Origin: Phycisphaerae bacterium
GTDB lineage: Bacteria; Planctomycetota; Phycisphaerae; UBA1845
DNA length: 64,000 nt
Assembly: GCA_963666835.2 (NCBI GenBank)
Contig: CAXXGO010000006.1
Span: 448,001 to 512,000 of the forward strand
Direction of reading: 5' to 3'
Shown: in pieces, positions 20,852 through 30,477 of the stretch
How positions within the stretch are numbered: the stretch's first letter is position 1
Layout of the letters: the number at the start of each line of letters is the position of its first letter
The notes under the pieces: model-generated
Told to the model about the DNA's origin: nothing
Database searches by the model: none
The model's input: the letters and a program-made list of their open reading frames with translations, nothing else
Translations under genes and position numbers: made by a program

Positions 20852-21862
20852 ATGGATGTCCATCCGCTCATCTTCGAGCCGATCTTCAAACCCAAAATCT
20901 GGGGCGGACGGCGGCTGGAATCGCTGCTGGGCAAGGACCTGCCCGCCGACGAACCAATCGGAGAATCGTGGGAGCTGGCCGACCTGGAGGACGATCAGTC
21001 CATCGTCTCGATCGGTCCGGCCCGGGGTCGCTCGTTGGGGCAGCTTGTCAAGGAATGGGGCACGGATCTGACCGGTCGGGCGCCGCTTTTCGAGGGCCAT
21101 TTCCCACTGCTCATCAAGTTCCTCGACGCCCAGGACATTCTCAGCGTTCAGGTCCACCCAGATGAGAACACCGCTCGAAGGCTGGGCGGACGGGTGCGTG
21201 TGAAGCACGAGGCCTGGTACATAATCGACGCGGAGCCGGACGGCTGCATCTATCGTGGCGTGCAAGACGGGGTCGACGCCGCGGCCTTTGAGCGGGCAGT
21301 CGCCGAGAAGCAGGTCGACAAGGTCCTCCGGCGGATTCCCGTCCGTACCGGGCAGTGCTATTACCTGCCCAGCGGGACCGTACACGCACTCGGGGCGGGG
21401 GTGCTCGTCGCGGAAGTCCAGACCCCGTCGGACATTACCTTCCGGGTGTACGATTGGGACCGCGTCGACCCGTCGACCGGGGCACCGCGCGAGCTGCACC
21501 TGGAGCAAGCTCTGGAGTGCATTTCGTACGATACCGCCCCTATCCCCGGCGAAGACGTCCGGCATGTGGCCAACCTCTGGACGCAGGTGGCCAGTCTGGT
21601 ACGGTGCGGGTCGTTCGTCATCGAACGGGTGCGGATGAACGAGGGCGTAGAGCGGCAGACTCCGTACGAGGAGTTCGCTATCTGGATGGTTTTGCAGGGT
21701 CGAGGCCGGATAGACTGCCCGAGCTTGCCCGAGCCGTTTGAGTTCAAGAAGGGTGATACCGTCCTGTTTCCCGCCGCTTTGAAGGACGCGGGTATCAAGA
21801 CGATGGAAGATTGCGTGTGGTTGGAGGTCACCATCCCGGCTTCCGAGCCGTCGGAGGGATGA
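20852..21862 (+). CDS. manA: Class I mannose-6-phosphate isomerase (cupin)
   Basis: KIWGG, IGESWE, FPLLIKFLDA..LSVQVHP, KHEAWY, GTVHALG, EVQTPSDITFRVYDWDR. Confidence 0.9.
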   Translation: MDVHPLIFEPIFKPKIWGGRRLESLLGKDLPADEPIGESWELADLEDDQSIVSIGPARGRSLGQLVKEWGTDLTGRAPLFEGHFPLLIKFLDAQDILSVQVHPDENTARRLGGRVRVKHEAWYIIDAEPDGCIYRGVQDGVDAAAFERAVAEKQVDKVLRRIPVRTGQCYYLPSGTVHALGAGVLVAEVQTPSDITFRVYDWDRVDPSTGAPRELHLEQALECISYDTAPIPGEDVRHVANLWTQVASLVRCGSFVIERVRMNEGVERQTPYEEFAIWMVLQGRGRIDCPSLPEPFEFKKGDTVLFPAALKDAGIKTMEDCVWLEVTIPASEPSEG

Positions 21863-22031
21863 GCGAGTAGGTCGGGGGCCAAGAATCGAGCCGGTTGTAG
21901 GGTACTGGAGAGACCCGTTTGGCTCGGTCGGTCGGTAGAGTCGGCGCCGCTTACATTGTGGCGCTGGCACACATTAACAGGAGCCGCAACAAGAGGGGTT
22001 TCGCCCCGCTTGTCTGCGAGAGTGATAATCG

Positions 22032-22898
22032 ATGACGCTTGATCCGCGATTGGTTGAAACCAACCGCCATACTAGAAGAACGCTCTACGTAGTTACGGGT
22101 CTGTACGTGGTTGTCGGTTTTCTTATCGCGGCCGTCGCCGCTCTGGAGGGCGACCGGCTGAGTGCTTTCCTCGGGTTCGTGATCATCAGCGGTACGCTGG
22201 CCGCGGCCGTGCTGGTCAATGCCGTGCTCCGAGTCGGGAGCCGTTTGACTACTCTGGTTGAGCGCATCGAGCAGGTTCACGACCGGCTCGGGCAACTGGA
22301 GGAGAGCCGCGTTATCCACGAGACCCGTGCGGCCGCCGCTTCCGCAGATGAGACGTTGAACACGCTCGGGCTGGCCGGGGAGCAGCCGATACCGCCGACC
22401 GTCCTGACGGCCGCCAATCTGGACCGGAGCATCTTCCCCCGTCTGGTTCCCACCGGAGACGAACAGATGGCCGGTGGGGCAGCGAACAAGACGATCGCGG
22501 CCCCTCGGCGCGCGGCGTCACAGCTCCGTGGTGAGCCGCGAGTCACGTCGGACCGGTTGTGGCGGAAGTGGGAAACGGCGGTTCAAGCGGGCGACTTGGC
22601 CGGCGGACGAGCGTTGTGTTCGGTGCTGGTCGACACGGTCGGGCCTGACGCGGTGGCAACTCTGACGGCCGAGATGGACGAGCTGACCGCCCGAACGGAA
22701 ACGTCGTTGCGGGGACAGTTCTCCGGTTATCTTCAGAAACGCGATTACGCCAACGCTCTGGCGATCGGTGCCAAGATCACTCGCCTGCTCCCGGATCGCC
22801 CCATCGCGGCCGAGTTCGCGCGGGTTCGCCCGCTGCTGGAGCGGCACCTCGGCGGCCCGTCCACCCCGTACGCCAAAGCCGGCACCGACGATCGCTGA
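22032..22898 (+). CDS. Hypothetical membrane protein
   Basis: Two N-terminal TM segments, a coiled coil and a helical C-terminal domain; GC-typical codon usage. Confidence 0.7.
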   Translation: MTLDPRLVETNRHTRRTLYVVTGLYVVVGFLIAAVAALEGDRLSAFLGFVIISGTLAAAVLVNAVLRVGSRLTTLVERIEQVHDRLGQLEESRVIHETRAAAASADETLNTLGLAGEQPIPPTVLTAANLDRSIFPRLVPTGDEQMAGGAANKTIAAPRRAASQLRGEPRVTSDRLWRKWETAVQAGDLAGGRALCSVLVDTVGPDAVATLTAEMDELTARTETSLRGQFSGYLQKRDYANALAIGAKITRLLPDRPIAAEFARVRPLLERHLGGPSTPYAKAGTDDR

Positions 22899-22971
22899 CG
22901 CGATGCGGCGCCGCGTATCGAGCGAGGGCAAGTCGCTCACGCTCGCTGTACTGATTGCGCGGACTTGCTCA

Positions 22972-23555
22972 GCAGGGCAGCGTCGAGGTACGAGACCTGC
23001 CACAACGGCGCATGTCGCGCGAAGACCGATTGCGGAAGAAGATTACCTCTCGGGTCTCCATCCGTCCCCCACCCAAGCCGGCGGCGGGGCAATGCGACTG
23101 TTCGAGCGCGCTGAACGCCGGCATGGGTGGGGCACGCGCCGAAGACGGCGGCAGGTCTCGTACCTCGACCTGCCCTACCGAGGGTGCCACGCAGGTGGCA
23201 TGGGTCAACTTGTTGTCCCGTGGAGCAGCGCGACTTCGCTGTTTCTCGTAGGTGAGGCGTGGGCACGATGTTGCGCGCAGATCATCGGCTCCCCAATCGC
23301 GGCAGGTCTCGTACCTCGACCTGCCCTACCGAGGGTGCCACGCAGGTGTCATGGGGCACCTTGTTGACCCGTGGGGCAGATGTGATTCGGCGGGTGTAAT
23401 GCGTTAACTTGTTGACCCGTGGAGCAGATGTGGCCCGCAGAGCGGACCCTACACGCTCCGGCGTATGTTCGGAACCCTGGCGCGTGCTCGGAATCCCGGG
23501 CGTTTTCGGAACCCTGGCGCGGGCTCGGATTCTCTGGAGACGTTCGGAACGCCGC
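22972..23555. repeat. Mosaic REP cluster
   Basis: REP-A at about 22972, 23150-23178 and 23301-23329; ~80-bp direct duplication 23150-23230 / 23301-23381; three CTTGTTG(A/T)CCCGTGG units; ~37-bp tandem TTCGGAACCCTGGCGCG units at 23468-23555. Confidence 0.85.
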
Positions 23556-23883
23556 CGGATGTTGTGGCATCTAATCTCGCTTACCCTGGTCGCCATGAAA
23601 ACCAGACTGGAGCCGGCAACAACGAGCAGCCGCCCTCTGGTATGACAACGCCGCTTCGCAAGGCGAGCCCGTCTGGTGACGCCGAAACTACCGGTCGCGA
23701 GCGGCGCCGAATCCCAGAGAACGCCGAAACACGGCAAGGCGGCGCTGTCATATTAAGCCCCATCTGCCGGGTCATTTTCCTTGCAATTCGATTCTCATAT
23801 TGCTACGTTGGGGAAGGGTGTTCTCCCGTGACTACAGCGGAGGGGGTCTCACCTCAGCATACCTGGCTTTGGGAGGACGAGCC

Positions 23884-25854
23884 GTGTTGAAGCTAACCGG
23901 ACAACGGATCTGGGCGGCGGTGGTCGCGCTGCTGGCGGGGGCGGCCTCAGCGGATACGGTGGTTTACGTTGATGCGAATGCCACCGGTCCTACTTACGAC
24001 GGGCTGACCTGGTGTACGGCCTATCCGGATTTGCACGTTGCTCTAGGCGGTGCGGCGGCGGATACCGAGATCCGCGTGGCGGACGGTGTGTATCTGCCCG
24101 ACCCTGCCGGATTGCCCGACCCGCGCACGGCAACGTTCCAATTGGTCAATGGGGTAACGGTTAACGGCGGTTTCGCCGGCTGCGGCGCACCGAATCCGGA
24201 CTTACGCGACCCCACCACCTACGAAACCGTTCTGAGCGGCGATCTGAACGGAGACGACGGCACCGGCGGAGGTAACTCGGACAACACCTACCACGTGGTG
24301 ACCACCGGCGGTACCGACCGCACGGCCTGGTTGGACGGAGTGACCATAACAGCCGGTAACGCCTCCGGTCCCTCGGAGAGCAGTCACGACCGGGGCGGCG
24401 GTGTCTTCAATGACGGCGGCAGCCCCACATTGGGCCAGTGCATTATCACGGACAACGAGGTCACGTTTAATGGGGGCGGTATGTACAACGCTTCCGGGGC
24501 GGCGCCGCTGCTGTCCGGATGCACTTTCACCGGGAACTACTCGGGGCAGGACGGGGGCGGGATGTGCAACATCGCCAGCTCACCCGAACTGACCGACGGG
24601 GTTTTTGAGGGGAACTGGTGCGCCAGCCTGTCGGGTAACGGCGGAGCGGTAGCCAGCGGCGGCGGTGCCCCCACGTTCACGGATTGCACCTTCCGAACAA
24701 ATCGGGGCAGGATCGGAGGGGCGATGATCAACTACGGCAGCGCGCCTACCTTGACCGGCTGCGATTTCATCGAAAACACCGCCGAGCAGTCCGGCGGGGG
24801 AATGTACAACAACGACCACAGCGACGCGTTTCTGACCGATTGTCTCTTCGACGGCAATAGCGCCACGGGTGCCGGCGGCGGGATGCGGAACTACGACAGC
24901 AGCCCGGTTCTGGAGGATTGCACCTTCGACGGCAACGAGGCCGAGTCTCTCGGGGGCGGAATGGCTAACACCGGCGGCAGCCCCGTCCTGACGGATTGCC
25001 GTTTCATCAGGAACTGGACGATCAGCGACACGCTCGACGCAATCGGCGGGGGAATGCACAACGCGGGCGGCGCCGCGCCGGATATGACGGATTGCCTGTT
25101 CCTACAGAACTTCGCCACCAACCACGGCGGGGCGATCTACAACGACGACGCGACGGACTTGGAACTTATCAACGGCCTGTTCCTGGGCAACGAAGCAGAG
25201 CACGACGGCGCCGCGATTTATTCGTTTTCGTCGACTCTTGCCTTGACCAACGTGCTGTTCTCCGGGAATACCGGCGGCGGTGACGGCGGCGCGGCATTTA
25301 ACGACCTGACAACCGTTACCCTGGCAAACTGCACGGTCTCCGGAAACCACGCGGGAAGCCAGGGTGGCGGTATTTATGATTACGTGGGCTGTGGCGTTAC
25401 GCTCGTTAACAGCATATTCTGGGGCAATACTGATGGCAGCGGCGGAGGCGAAACCGCTCAGGTATTCAACAACCCCAGCAACTTCCTAGAGGTGGACTAC
25501 AGTTGTGTGGAGGGCTGGACCGGCGGGTTCGGCGGAACCGGCAACCACGGCGACGACCCGCAGTTTGTCGACGCCGACGGGCCTGACAACGTGATCGGGA
25601 CGCAAGATGATAACCTCCGGCTGCCCGCAGATTCAACCTGTGTCGACGTCGGCGACAATGCGGCCGTGACCGTTGCCACCGATCTCGACGGCAACCCCCG
25701 CGTGGTTAACGGCATTGTGGATATGGGGTCGTACGAATACCGGAGCCCGGCCGTGCCGGCGACGTCCGCCTGGACGCTGCTCGTGATGCTGTTGGTTCTT
25801 CTGATCGCCGGCACCGTCGTTTTCGACCGGAACCGAAGAGGCGCCGGCTCGTAG
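23884..25854 (+). CDS. Exported right-handed beta-helix protein with an IPTL-CTERM-like sorting tail
   Basis: GGAGG RBS then GTG; signal peptide; many GGGMxN...xPxLTDCxFxxN repeats; DLDGNPR...VDMGSYE; tail VPATSAW-TM-RNRR. Confidence 0.88.
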   Translation: MLKLTGQRIWAAVVALLAGAASADTVVYVDANATGPTYDGLTWCTAYPDLHVALGGAAADTEIRVADGVYLPDPAGLPDPRTATFQLVNGVTVNGGFAGCGAPNPDLRDPTTYETVLSGDLNGDDGTGGGNSDNTYHVVTTGGTDRTAWLDGVTITAGNASGPSESSHDRGGGVFNDGGSPTLGQCIITDNEVTFNGGGMYNASGAAPLLSGCTFTGNYSGQDGGGMCNIASSPELTDGVFEGNWCASLSGNGGAVASGGGAPTFTDCTFRTNRGRIGGAMINYGSAPTLTGCDFIENTAEQSGGGMYNNDHSDAFLTDCLFDGNSATGAGGGMRNYDSSPVLEDCTFDGNEAESLGGGMANTGGSPVLTDCRFIRNWTISDTLDAIGGGMHNAGGAAPDMTDCLFLQNFATNHGGAIYNDDATDLELINGLFLGNEAEHDGAAIYSFSSTLALTNVLFSGNTGGGDGGAAFNDLTTVTLANCTVSGNHAGSQGGGIYDYVGCGVTLVNSIFWGNTDGSGGGETAQVFNNPSNFLEVDYSCVEGWTGGFGGTGNHGDDPQFVDADGPDNVIGTQDDNLRLPADSTCVDVGDNAAVTVATDLDGNPRVVNGIVDMGSYEYRSPAVPATSAWTLLVMLLVLLIAGTVVFDRNRRGAGS

Positions 25855-25948
25855 CAGGGCTCTCTTCGCGGACCGATTCTCCCCGGCACAGTGAACCAGA
25901 TCCTCCGCGCGCCGCGAGGCCTTTGACTCCGGCCGGTGAAGCGAAATT

Positions 25949-26260
25949 GTAGGGCACGGTCGAGGAACGAGACCTGCCGCAACATCGGGCGAAGACATCA
26001 CGCCGCGTTGCGGGCCAACAGGTTGGCGGAGGACACCAAGGTGACACCTTGCGTAGGGCATGGTCGAGGAACGAGACCTGCCGGAACATCGGGCGAAGAC
26101 GTCACGCCACGTTGCGGGCCAACAGGTTGGCGGAGGACACCAAGGTGGCACCTTGCGTAGGGCATGGTCGAGGAACGAGACCTGCCGCAACATCGGGCGA
26201 AGATATGTCGCCAGCGTGGCACTTCACGCAGGGCATGGTCGAGGTGCAAGACCTCTCCCG
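25949..26260 (+). repeat. 104-bp tandem array built on REP-A
   Basis: REP-A starts at 25949, 26053 and 26157 (period 104) with near-identical spacers; degenerate fourth copy near 26228. Confidence 0.9.
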
Positions 26261-26314
26261 CCTTCGTGCGATGCGAGTTCTGTGAACTTGCGCCCTTCAC
26301 ATAACGCCGGCGCT

Positions 26315-28189
26315 TCAGAAGTGACCCGGTGCGGCGGATTCTCCCTCCTCCGCGCGGTAGGCCGCGATGGCCTTCAAAAAGGCCTTTCCGAAGTCGGCGA
26401 GCTTCCTTTCCCCCACACCGCGGATACCCCGGAGATCGTCGAGTGACGTCGGATTGGACGCCGCCATTTCGCGGAGGGTCACGTCACCAAAGATGATGTA
26501 CGGCGGTACCCCTCGCTTGGCCGCCAGCTTGCGGCGGACACTGCGGAGGTGCTCGAACATCCCGCGATCCACACCTTCCCACGATACGCGGTCCGCTTTC
26601 GACTTGGTCACCGGCTTGGACGGCGGTTGCCGTAAGCGCACCGGACGCTCGCCGCGCATTACTTCCCAGGATGCCTCATTAAGCATGACCACCGGACGGT
26701 CCCCGGCCGTGCGGACTAGAAGACCGAGATCGATGAGCTGATACAGCATACTCGTCACCGCCCCGCGCGGCATATCATCGAGAATACCGTGGGTGCTCAG
26801 CTTGTCGTGTCCGCGCTGGCGGACCAGCTCCGGATTCGTCCCCAGCAGCACATCCACGACATAGCCCACCCCGTACCGCTCGCGCACCCGGGCGACGCCC
26901 GAGAGGATCTTCTGGGCGGTTACCGTAGCGTCGGACAGCCCCTCGATCTCGTCCAGGCAGACATCGCACGCCTGGCATGTTTCGCCATCGTACGGCTGGC
27001 CGAAATACTCGGACAAAAGCGCGTGTCGGCAGCGCAACGAGCTGCAGTAATCCCTCATGTGTTTGAGCAGCTCTAGTGCCGCTTCGAGGCACTCTTGGGG
27101 TTCCTTAGCTTCCATGGAGCTACGGCGGATGAGGGACTCCCATTTCAACGCCCCCGCCGCCGAGTAGAACAGAACGCACTCCGCTTCCAGTCCGTCGCGC
27201 CCGGCCCGCCCGGTCTCCTGCTGGTAATGCTCGACCGACTTTGGCATTGCCGCGTGCACCACGCAGCGGACGTTGCTGCGGTCGATCCCCATCCCGAAGG
27301 CCACCGTGGCCACGACCACATCGAGCCGCTCCTGTGCGAACGCATCCTGGGTTCGATGCCTTTGTTCGGAATCGAGTCCCGCATGATAGGCCTCGGCGGG
27401 CACGCCGTTGTCCTGCAGCCATAGCGCGATTCGTTCGGTGTCTTTGCGGCTGATGCAGTAGACGATCACCGCTTCACCTCGATGCCGGCGGACGACTTCC
27501 AGTATCTGCGCTTTCACCTTAACCGCGGGGACCACCCGGTAGACGAGATTCGCCCGGTCGAACCGCCCGACCAGGACGGTCGGATCTGTAAGCTGCAACT
27601 GGAGGGCAATATCGTCGCGCACTCTTTGAGTTGCGGTGGCCGTGTAAGCGTGGACCGAGGCCTGCGGGAACCGTTCTTTGAGCAACGCAAGTTGGCGATA
27701 CTCCGGCCGGAAGTCGTGACCCCAGTGGCTGATACAGTGGGCCTCGTCGATGGCGAACGCTCTGATGTCGGCCTGGGCGAGGGTATCCATGAACGGCGGA
27801 GACACCAGACGTTCCGGGGCAACGAACACCAGGCGGTACTGCCCGCGGGCGATACCGCCTTCCACCTCGCGTCGGGCGCCGGGGTCCATCCCGCCGTGAA
27901 TCGCCGCGGCCGGGTACCCGCATGCCTGCAGTCCGTCCACCTGGTCCTTCATCAACGATATGAGCGGTGACACCACAATGTCGGTCCGCTCCGCGATGAT
28001 CGGGGGGACCTGATAGCACAGCGACTTCCCCCCGCCGGTCGGCAGGACCACCACCGAGTCGTTCTGATTGATTCCCGCCCGGATCGCTTCTTCCTGCAGC
28101 GGGCGCAGGGACTCGAAGCCCCAATAATGCTTCACGACACGCGTGATCCGCTCAAGCGTCACGGGGGTTTCCGATTCGGAACGGTCCAT
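26315..28189 (-). CDS. recQ: ATP-dependent DNA helicase RecQ
   Basis: PTGGGKSLCYQ, DEAHCISHWGHDFRPEY, ATVAFGMGID, YQQETGRAGRDG, Zn/RQC cysteines and HRDC GVPPYIIF. Confidence 0.97.
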   Translation of the reverse strand: MDRSESETPVTLERITRVVKHYWGFESLRPLQEEAIRAGINQNDSVVVLPTGGGKSLCYQVPPIIAERTDIVVSPLISLMKDQVDGLQACGYPAAAIHGGMDPGARREVEGGIARGQYRLVFVAPERLVSPPFMDTLAQADIRAFAIDEAHCISHWGHDFRPEYRQLALLKERFPQASVHAYTATATQRVRDDIALQLQLTDPTVLVGRFDRANLVYRVVPAVKVKAQILEVVRRHRGEAVIVYCISRKDTERIALWLQDNGVPAEAYHAGLDSEQRHRTQDAFAQERLDVVVATVAFGMGIDRSNVRCVVHAAMPKSVEHYQQETGRAGRDGLEAECVLFYSAAGALKWESLIRRSSMEAKEPQECLEAALELLKHMRDYCSSLRCRHALLSEYFGQPYDGETCQACDVCLDEIEGLSDATVTAQKILSGVARVRERYGVGYVVDVLLGTNPELVRQRGHDKLSTHGILDDMPRGAVTSMLYQLIDLGLLVRTAGDRPVVMLNEASWEVMRGERPVRLRQPPSKPVTKSKADRVSWEGVDRGMFEHLRSVRRKLAAKRGVPPYIIFGDVTLREMAASNPTSLDDLRGIRGVGERKLADFGKAFLKAIAAYRAEEGESAAPGHF

Positions 28190-28257
28190 ACTAAGAGCCT
28201 ACCCGGAGCCCTTATTCTTTGCTATATCATCGACGTTCCGAGCTCCCGGACAATTCC

Positions 28258-28403
28258 GTAGGGCACGGTCGAGGTACGAGACCTGCCGCTGGCCTTCGCG
28301 TAGCGCAGGCATCCTGCCTGCACTCGCGCGGGTGCCCGATCCATTCCGGCGTTTGCCGGGCCGGAACAGCCGCGCCGGTTCCCCGCCGGAATGGGTGGGG
28401 GGA
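28258..28403 (+). repeat. REP-A, a GTAGCGCAGGC REP, and the 5' half of the hairpin repeat interrupted by the intron
   Basis: REP-A at 28258-28287; 28326-28403 aligns to the reverse complement of about 47708-47780. Confidence 0.8.
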
Positions 28404-30328
28404 AAGCGCCGGTAAGCCGGTGAGGAGTAGTGGATGAGAGAGCCATACGGTGAAGGAATAGCGAACCACACCGACCCCGAGTCATACTGTGGTGTCCGCA
28501 AGGGCATGGCGGGAGCGTTGACAGGGGCACGTGCGGGCCGGCCATTGAGCCGTGAAAGCCTTTTACTCCGGAGTGCCGACGCCGTCCCCCAAGGCGGAAG
28601 GCAACACCGGAGGGCGTCGTTAACGCGAGACGCCTTTCGGACTCCGCGCGGTCTTAGAACCCGAGCACGCACGGAAACTCCTCACGCGGAACCCGGGAGA
28701 TCCCGCGTTCGGCCTCGAACATGGCATCGAGGTCCGCAGTGTGAATCCATAGGAGCACGACACTGATGCACGGGCGCGGGAAGTCGGACAGGCCCATAGT
28801 ACCGAAGAAGACTGCGAACAACGGTGATCCCCCGGCGGGGAGGTCGTCCGCGGAGCAGTTGGAGGAAAGGGGCCTGGCCAAGGGCAACTCGATTCGACAC
28901 GACAGGCACCGTACGCAGAGCCGGGATCGTCTGCAAAGCGGGTTGGATCGGGTACGACAGGCAGCGGTAAAGGATAAGGATTTACAGTTCACCACGCTTT
29001 GGCACCATGTCTATGATGTCGCTCGCCTCCGGGAGGCGTACTTGAGCCTCAAGCATGCTTCGGCACCGGGGATGGACGGCATGACATGGGAGGCGTACGG
29101 CAGGGACCTAGAAGAACACCTCTTGGATCTGTCGGCACGTCTACAGCGCGGAGCGTACCGAGCGAGGCCGGTCAAGCGGGTCTACATTCCGAAACCCGAT
29201 GGACGGCAGAGACCAATAGGGATTCCCGTGTTGGAAGACAAGATCGTCCAACGGGCGATGACCGATGTGCTCTCGGCTGTCTACGAGGCAGACTTCCTCG
29301 GGTTCTCCTACGGATTTCGACCAGGACGGGACGCCCATCAGGCGTTAAGTGCCCTGACTGTCGGCATCGAGAGGAAGAAGGTGAATTGGGTGCTGGATGC
29401 AGACATTCGTGGATTCTTCGATGCCATAGACCACGATTGGCTGATCAAGTTCGTCGAGCACCGGATCGCAGACCAGCGTGTCGTGCGTCACGTGAAGAAG
29501 TGGCTGAACGCCGGCGTGCTGGAGGACGGGTGTCGAAGGGACACGGAGACGGGGACGCCGCAGGGGGGCAGTATCAGCCCGCTATTGGCGAACATCTATC
29601 TCCATTACGCCTTCGACTTGTGGGCCCGCCAATGGCGACGGACGCAAGCTCACGGAGATGTGATTATCGTGAGATATGCGGACGACTTCGTGGTGGGATT
29701 TCAACAGCGAGAGGATGCCGAGCGGTTTCGGGATGAGCTGACGGATCGCCTCCGGAAGTTCAAGCTGGAGCTACATGCGGACAAGACTCGTCTGATTGAG
29801 TTCGGCCGTTTTGCGTCGACCAATCGCAAGCGAGAAGGCCGCGGCAAACCGGCGACCTTCGAGTTTCTGGGTTTTCGCCACATCTGTGGCAAGACCCGGC
29901 GTGGGAGGTTCACGGTACTACGGCAGACTGTCGCGAAACGACGGCGTGCGAAGCTCAAAGCGATTAAGCAAGAGCTTCGGCGACGTATGCATGCCCCCGT
30001 CCGAGAGGTGGGCGCGTATTTGCGGGCGGTGGTTCGCGGGTACTATCAGTATTATGCGGTACCGCGGAACTACCCGGCCTTAACGGCATTTCGGGATGAG
30101 GTTGTCCGTCTTTGGCGCTGGACGCTCCGGCGTCGCAGCGAGAAGACTCGGATTACCTGGGCCCGCATGAACCGTTTGGCCAAGCAGTGGATACCTGCTC
30201 CCAAAATCCTACATCCTTACCCCGACCGACACCTGGCCGTTATGACCCAAGGCAGGAGCCCAGTGCGGTAGTCCCGCACGCTGGGATCTGTGGAGGGGGT
30301 CCCGGGTAACCGGGATTCCTACTCCGAC
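28404..30328 (+). mobile_element. Full-length group IIB intron RNA
   Basis: Domain V GAGCCCAGTGCGGTAGTCCCGCACGCTGGGATC (AGC triad 30257-30259); domain VI with bulged A 30321, 8 nt from the terminal AC at 30328; EBS1 TCCCCC (28585-28590) in a CGCC/GGCG stem-loop pairs with exon GGGGGA (28398-28403). Confidence 0.93.
28766..30271 (+). CDS. ltrA: Group II intron reverse transcriptase/maturase, no endonuclease domain
   Basis: APGMDG, YIPKPDGRQRPIGIP, SYGFRPGR, DADIRGFFD, GTPQGGSISPLLANIYLH, RYADD, FEFLGF; ends after domain X with no HNH. Confidence 0.97.
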   Translation: MHGRGKSDRPIVPKKTANNGDPPAGRSSAEQLEERGLAKGNSIRHDRHRTQSRDRLQSGLDRVRQAAVKDKDLQFTTLWHHVYDVARLREAYLSLKHASAPGMDGMTWEAYGRDLEEHLLDLSARLQRGAYRARPVKRVYIPKPDGRQRPIGIPVLEDKIVQRAMTDVLSAVYEADFLGFSYGFRPGRDAHQALSALTVGIERKKVNWVLDADIRGFFDAIDHDWLIKFVEHRIADQRVVRHVKKWLNAGVLEDGCRRDTETGTPQGGSISPLLANIYLHYAFDLWARQWRRTQAHGDVIIVRYADDFVVGFQQREDAERFRDELTDRLRKFKLELHADKTRLIEFGRFASTNRKREGRGKPATFEFLGFRHICGKTRRGRFTVLRQTVAKRRRAKLKAIKQELRRRMHAPVREVGAYLRAVVRGYYQYYAVPRNYPALTAFRDEVVRLWRWTLRRRSEKTRITWARMNRLAKQWIPAPKILHPYPDRHLAVMTQGRSPVR

Positions 30329-30477
30329 ACGGATGAGGACCCGAGAAGCACTCGCGTTGGGCAATCGATTCCCCACCCTTCGCCTGATGCGTGGCGCGTA
30401 TCCGGCAACTGCGCCTATGTACGAAAGCTCTCCGTCTAATGCGACACAATCCAGGGCGAAGGACGGGGCACCCGCAA

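Noticed and set aside
25949..26260. CRISPR-like array of 30-bp repeats
   Set aside because: The spacers are 74 bp and nearly identical, the repeat is scattered across the window in both orientations, and there are no cas genes; it is a REP tandem.
28766..30271. RT as a retron, DGR or defence RT
   Set aside because: It has domain X and lies inside a ribozyme with domains V and VI and an EBS1-IBS1 pairing; no TR/VR pair or msr-msd was seen.
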